64,000 bases of DNA from the NCBI GenBank assembly GCA_963807605.1, contig CAWECG010000003.1, positions 96,001-160,000 on the forward strand. Direction: 5' to 3'. The notes under the pieces are model-generated. The model saw only the letters and a list, made by a program, of their open reading frames with translations. It searched no databases and was not told the DNA's origin. Of this stretch, positions 59,552 to 64,000 are shown in pieces (positions within the stretch are counted from its first letter, which is position 1; every line of letters begins with the position of its first letter). The translations under genes and the position numbers were made by a program. The DNA comes from Candidatus Bathyarchaeota archaeon (lineage in GTDB: Archaea > Thermoproteota > Bathyarchaeia > 40CM-2-53-6 > RBG-13-38-9).

Positions 59552-60286
59552 ATGTACATGGAACTTGGACCGAGCGCTCGGAGAGCTGACCCTGAGCTCG
59601 TAAGCAGCTACCAAGCCTTCCAAGAATGGTTTGAGAACTCAGTCCAAGAATCAGAGCTGCGGAGATTCCAGAAGTATAATGCCATCAAGAAATTACTGAA
59701 TTCCGGACTCGATGAAGTCTACGTGAACCCGCCGGTCATATTCCTTCCAGACAGTCTGGAGAGGCGCATAGATGCCTGCGGTTTCGGTGATGACAAGTTC
59801 ACGACGGTTCTTTGCGAGGCGGGAGTTGGCAAGGATGCGTTCTTCGAACTCTTGGAACTTCTGGGCGAATCAACGAATGTTGAGTCAGTATGGGTGTACC
59901 CTCTCTTCGACAGCAAGCGTGGAGCCTATAGGAAGTCCCTCCAATCGCAGTCGAGAGGGAAGTTGATGATAGAAATGGGCACACTTGAGCATCTTGAGGA
60001 TTTCTTGGAGGGCGCTCTTGAGATACTTGATCTTTTTGAGAGTGAAGCCAGAAGGACAATGCTTTTGGCAATGTTGGACAGTCCAAGAGACAAGAGATTC
60101 TTCAGGGAGCTTGTTAATCCAAAGTTACTTTATGAGAACCTTGCCACTCTTCAGAGGATTCGTCTTGTAGAGGAGGTTTCCGTTGGTTTCTATGGCCTAA
60201 GCCGGCACGGAGAGAATCTCATGCGAGAGTATCTTCTCTTCTTGGACAGGATAAGAAGAGTGATGAAAGAACAGGAGGAGATTTGA
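59552..60286 (+). CDS. Hypothetical protein with C-terminal winged-helix-like segment
   Basis: 244-aa ORF; LYENL..L...LV.....YGLS..G. Confidence 0.65.
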   Translation: MYMELGPSARRADPELVSSYQAFQEWFENSVQESELRRFQKYNAIKKLLNSGLDEVYVNPPVIFLPDSLERRIDACGFGDDKFTTVLCEAGVGKDAFFELLELLGESTNVESVWVYPLFDSKRGAYRKSLQSQSRGKLMIEMGTLEHLEDFLEGALEILDLFESEARRTMLLAMLDSPRDKRFFRELVNPKLLYENLATLQRIRLVEEVSVGFYGLSRHGENLMREYLLFLDRIRRVMKEQEEI

Positions 60287-60423
60287 GTCTATGTCTGTAA
60301 GCCTAGTCACTATCGTACATGGACTGAGGAATCGATTCAAACTTATATTCGTTATCAGGGAGATATTTCCATTGACTATTGGAACCTCCAGCCCATCTCG
60401 ATCTACAAGAGGATTGAACATAC

Positions 60424-62598
60424 TTGGTTAGGGAAGAAATCCAGTTAAGAGTGGCCGACGCGAAGCAAAGAGACGTAGGTCATGGAAAAGTAAGAGTCGA
60501 CAATGAATCCATGCGAAAGTTGTCGGTGACTGCAGGGGACTTTGTCGAGATACGCGGCAAGAAGACTACCACCGCAGTCGTCTGGCCCGCTTATACTGAG
60601 GATCAAGGCCAGGATATCATCCGCATGGACGGGCTTCTCAGGCGCAACGCAGGCGTTGCCCTCAACGAATACGTGAACTTAAGGAAGGGCGAGGTCAAAG
60701 AGGCTCAGAGCATAATCTTCTCCCCCACTGACGTACGCCTGAACATAGATGAGGAGTTTGTGAGTTTCGTCAAGAGAAGATTCATGGATATGCCCTTTGT
60801 GGAAGGGGACACCGCGATGCTCTCAATATTTGGCAGCGCAGTCCCCCTCGTTGTAACCAGAACCAAGCCCAAGGGCCCAGTCCGCATCACAGAGGAGAGC
60901 ATGGTTCAGGTTCTCAGTGAACCAGCACCAGAGAGGAAGGGCATCCAAATAGTGACATACGAGGACATTGGCGACCTCCACGCACAGATACAGCGAATAC
61001 GTGAGATGGTTGAGCTGCCGCTGAGACACCCTGAACTCTTCCAGAAACTCGGCATAGACCCGCCAAGAGGTATTTTCCTCTACGGTCCACCAGGGTGCGG
61101 CAAGACCTTGCTTGCCAAGGCCGTCGCGAACGAGTCAGACGCAAACTTCTACGTAATCTCAGGCCCGGAGATAATGTCGAAGTTCTACGGTGAATCTGAG
61201 GCGAGACTCAGGGAGATATTCCAGAAGGCCCAGGAGACGTCGCCGAGCATAATATTCATCGACGAAATGGACGCGATAGCGCCCAAGAGAGAAGAGGTCA
61301 CAGGCGAGGTTGAGAGAAGGGTCGTCGCCCAGCTACTCTCACTCATGGACGGAATGAGCTCCAGAGAGAACATAATAGTGATAGGCGCGACAAACAGGCC
61401 CAACGCTATAGACCCAGCCCTACGCAGACCAGGAAGATTCGACAGAGAGATAGAGATCGGAGTCCCTGACAAACAGGGAAGAACTGAGATGCTCCAAATC
61501 CACACCAGGAACATGCCCATGGCAGGAGACGTCGACTTCAAGAAATTGTCAGACATCACACATGGATACACAGGTGCCGACACAGCAGCCCTATGCAGAG
61601 AGGCAGCGATGAAATGCCTCCGCAGATATCTTCCAGAACTCAACCTAGAGGAGGAACGGATCCCCGCAGCCATCCTTGACAAGATGGAGGTGAAGATGGA
61701 TGACTTTATGCAGGGCTACCGTGACATCACTCCCACAGCTATGCGTGAGGTCTACATCGAGGTCCCGACCGTTCACTGGCAGGATGTGGGAGGCTTAGAC
61801 CAGGTCAAGGCTGAGCTTATCGAGGCTGTCGAGTGGCCGATCAAGAACTCTGAAATGTACAAGAGAATGGGAATCAACCCACCAAAAGGAATCCTATTAT
61901 ACGGGCCCCCAGGATGCGGAAAGACGATGCTTGCGAGAGCTGTTGCTACAGAGAGCGAAGCCAACTTCATATCGATAAAGGGCCCAGAGGTCTTCTCAAA
62001 GTGGGTTGGAGAAAGCGAGAAGGCGATACGCGAGGTCTTCAGAAAAGGACGTTCCGCAGCACCCTCAATAATATTCTTCGACGAGCTTGACGCAATAGCT
62101 CCAAGAAGAGGCATGGGCTACGCAGACTCTGGAGCCACCGAGCGCGTCATAAGCCAACTCCTAACGGAACTCGACGGCATAGAATCCCTGGAGAACGTCG
62201 TCGTGATAGCCGCATCGAATAGACCGGACATAATAGATCCAGCAGTTCTCAGGCCTGGAAGATTTGACAGGCTCATATTCGTCCCATCACCAGACCAGAA
62301 GACGGTAAAACAAATCTTAAAGATACACACAGCCAAAATGCCTCTCTCACCAGATGTTGATCTCGACCAGCTAGCAAGATCATCTGTCGGCTACTCCGGC
62401 GCAGACATCGAAGCGACGTGCCGAGAAGCAGCCGTGTATGCTCTGAGAAGAGACGTCAATGCAAAAGAGGTCACATGGATAGATTTCAAAGACGCTATGG
62501 CCAAGATCAGGCCGAGCATAAGCTCAGACATGAACGTATGGTATCAGAGCTTCACGAAGAGACATACAGGCGAGAGAGCGTCTATACCAGTAACCTAG
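60424..62598 (+). CDS. cdc48: CDC48/VAT AAA+ ATPase
   Basis: N-domain plus two AAA modules (GPPGCGKT, IDE/FDE, RPGRFD). Confidence 0.96.
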   Translation: MVREEIQLRVADAKQRDVGHGKVRVDNESMRKLSVTAGDFVEIRGKKTTTAVVWPAYTEDQGQDIIRMDGLLRRNAGVALNEYVNLRKGEVKEAQSIIFSPTDVRLNIDEEFVSFVKRRFMDMPFVEGDTAMLSIFGSAVPLVVTRTKPKGPVRITEESMVQVLSEPAPERKGIQIVTYEDIGDLHAQIQRIREMVELPLRHPELFQKLGIDPPRGIFLYGPPGCGKTLLAKAVANESDANFYVISGPEIMSKFYGESEARLREIFQKAQETSPSIIFIDEMDAIAPKREEVTGEVERRVVAQLLSLMDGMSSRENIIVIGATNRPNAIDPALRRPGRFDREIEIGVPDKQGRTEMLQIHTRNMPMAGDVDFKKLSDITHGYTGADTAALCREAAMKCLRRYLPELNLEEERIPAAILDKMEVKMDDFMQGYRDITPTAMREVYIEVPTVHWQDVGGLDQVKAELIEAVEWPIKNSEMYKRMGINPPKGILLYGPPGCGKTMLARAVATESEANFISIKGPEVFSKWVGESEKAIREVFRKGRSAAPSIIFFDELDAIAPRRGMGYADSGATERVISQLLTELDGIESLENVVVIAASNRPDIIDPAVLRPGRFDRLIFVPSPDQKTVKQILKIHTAKMPLSPDVDLDQLARSSVGYSGADIEATCREAAVYALRRDVNAKEVTWIDFKDAMAKIRPSISSDMNVWYQSFTKRHTGERASIPVT

Positions 62599-62611
62599 GA
62601 GCAACACGACT

Positions 62612-62851
62612 GTGGAGAAGCTGTGGGGGCCGCGACCAATACAGAACGTGGTTGTAGAGATCCTCCAGAAGAAAGGAGCCATGACCGATGAGGATCTCGT
62701 CAGTGAACTTCGAGAATCATACGGGGATGTAAGCTTCAGAGAAGTGAACAGTATCCTGATGAAGCTGGAAGTTCAAGGAGTCGTCAGGGTCTCAAGACTT
62801 CTCAAGAAGAAGAGAAGGGTTGAATTAGTAACGGCCTCCTCAACCAACTAA
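62612..62851 (+). CDS. Small winged-helix protein downstream of cdc48
   Basis: 79 aa, LMKLEV.G.V.V. Confidence 0.7.
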   Translation: MEKLWGPRPIQNVVVEILQKKGAMTDEDLVSELRESYGDVSFREVNSILMKLEVQGVVRVSRLLKKKRRVELVTASSTN

Positions 62852-62860
62852 CCATCAAGC

Positions 62861-63568
62861 TTAGCACTTCCTCTTTCTCAAGACATCCTTTCCATAACGA
62901 ACAAGCGCCACCTCAAAATCTGTGAACGACCTGCCTTTTACTCCGCTCCTCACCCAGAGATTCTGAAGCTCTCTAAGAATCGCCCTCTTGTCACCATCAT
63001 TCTTGACCTTTTTCCTAGTCAAACCTAGACTTTCGGCAGACTTAATCGCCAGTTCCTGCAATGGGGGATCGGCCATACCCCAGATTCCTCTCAGTTCTCT
63101 TAGAAAGATACTCGCAGTCACATCGCCTATTCCTTTGCCAAGCTCCTTAATCTTTGCCTCTAGATCTCCAGGAGTTGTAGCATCTAGATATAATCGGTTG
63201 AGATCACCCTGGTATCTTCTCTCAAGGTTGTTCACCACCTCAAGTAGCTTGGTGGCAGTCTTGAAATCATAGCGGGCATAACCGCCAGAGTCGAGGACCT
63301 CAACCAGTCTATCCCAACCAGCTTTCACTATACTCTTAGGGGTCGTAAGATCATTCGCAGCGAATTTGTAGTAGGTGTTAACGGCGATCTTCTCCGATAT
63401 TCTTGCTCCAAACAGGATTGAGGCGAGGAACCATTTGAAGACCTCACTCCTACTCGAGTCTTCTAGTGTGATGCCCAGTTCTGTCGAGAATCTATTCCCG
63501 AACCTATCTACCAGTTCGTCCACAGTCTCTCGAAGAGAATGCCTCTTTCGTATTTCAGAGTTCTTCAT
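62861..63568 (-). CDS. HhH-GPD-like (endonuclease III-related) protein
   Basis: FKWFLASILFG.RIS, GGYARYD and HhH GKGIG; start uncertain. Confidence 0.75.
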   Translation of the reverse strand: MKNSEIRKRHSLRETVDELVDRFGNRFSTELGITLEDSSRSEVFKWFLASILFGARISEKIAVNTYYKFAANDLTTPKSIVKAGWDRLVEVLDSGGYARYDFKTATKLLEVVNNLERRYQGDLNRLYLDATTPGDLEAKIKELGKGIGDVTASIFLRELRGIWGMADPPLQELAIKSAESLGLTRKKVKNDGDKRAILRELQNLWVRSGVKGRSFTDFEVALVRYGKDVLRKRKC

Positions 63569-63881
63569 TTTCTCTGATCTTTTCGTTAATGTGTCGTCAA
63601 CTATTTTAGGCGCGCGCGCTGTCCAAACACAAATGGATTCCCCGGTTAGTTGGGTCAAAGCGCGGGCTGAGATATGAACCCACTATTTATTGGGGTTAAT
63701 CCCCTTTTATCGTCGGTTCGAGTAAGTGGGGGGTCACTTATCGTTGGGCGAAAGCTTAGGGTTTACCATCCGGAATTCGTATGACAGTTTTGGTCCACCT
63801 GTCGCGTGATACAACGCTGCAACGTCTACTTGAAGCCAAAAATTGATCCCAAGAGACAACGTCGCCTCTCGTTTGAACGTT

Positions 63882-63998
63882 TCAGAACTGAGCGCGTTTC
63901 AACGAGTCTCTAAGGGCCTTTCGTCCAAAAACTTCCGCATGCATTGCGAGAATGCCAAGCAATCTCTCTTCCCATTCTTTCTGAGATTCTCTAATTCG
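63882..63998 (-). CDS. Probable 3' end of a gene entering from beyond the window
   Basis: Open frame RIRESQKEWEERLLGILAMHAEVFGRKALRDSLKRAQF*. Confidence 0.4.
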   Translation of the reverse strand, partial: RIRESQKEWEERLLGILAMHAEVFGRKALRDSLKRAQF

Positions 63999-64000
63999 TT

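Noticed and set aside
63655-63725. TPP riboswitch, hammerhead ribozyme or tRNA
   Set aside because: CTGAGA and ACCC are present but the rest of the TPP core is missing; there is no CUGAnGA core, and GGTTCGA lacks a T-stem and cloverleaf.
1-64000. rRNA, tRNA, CRISPR arrays, cas genes or a provirus
   Set aside because: None recognised by eye; a covariance-model scan would be needed to exclude small or intron-containing RNAs.

Overview
Archaeal chromosomal segment, most consistent with a TACK lineage such as Bathyarchaeia. This assignment is inferred from Alba, CdvB/ESCRT-III, Topo VI, aIF-1A/aIF-2beta, Cdc48, Ack, Fae and frequent TTG starts. About 1-27.5 kb is mostly core and metabolic genes: a Tat-targeted molybdenum hydroxylase, ackA, a topoVI-dim2-rio1-aIF1A cluster, metG, a SAMP with a C-terminal extension, a ribophorin I-like protein, a DapA-like aldolase fused to formaldehyde-activating enzyme, the DUF39-CBS/NIL-ferredoxin/UPF0280 sulfur-assimilation trio, trpB2 and cdvB. 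About 27.7-58.5 kb is accessory DNA with an IS630, a solo-tnpB IS200/IS605 element, several single-gene cassettes and a ~23.5 kb phosphate/polyphosphate supercluster (PiT, DUF47, PPK2, ArsC, PPX, a CHAD-metallophosphoesterase-HD fusion, PPK1, CYTH, PstSCAB, two PhoU proteins and a decayed third). A 1120-aa PEF-CTERM surface protein gene interrupts that cluster. About 58.6-64 kb returns to core genes (EF-1beta, cdc48). The best candidates for undescribed biology are the DapA-Fae fusion lacking the DHDPS arginine, the polyphosphate island with its tri-domain CHAD protein and candidate Pho-box, an unannotated 50-aa uncharged Tyr/Pro/Trp/Cys peptide, a TnpB insertion that swaps a host stop codon without changing the protein, and recurrent intergenic (CG)n tracts. 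All family assignments come from motif recognition by eye; no database searches were run.
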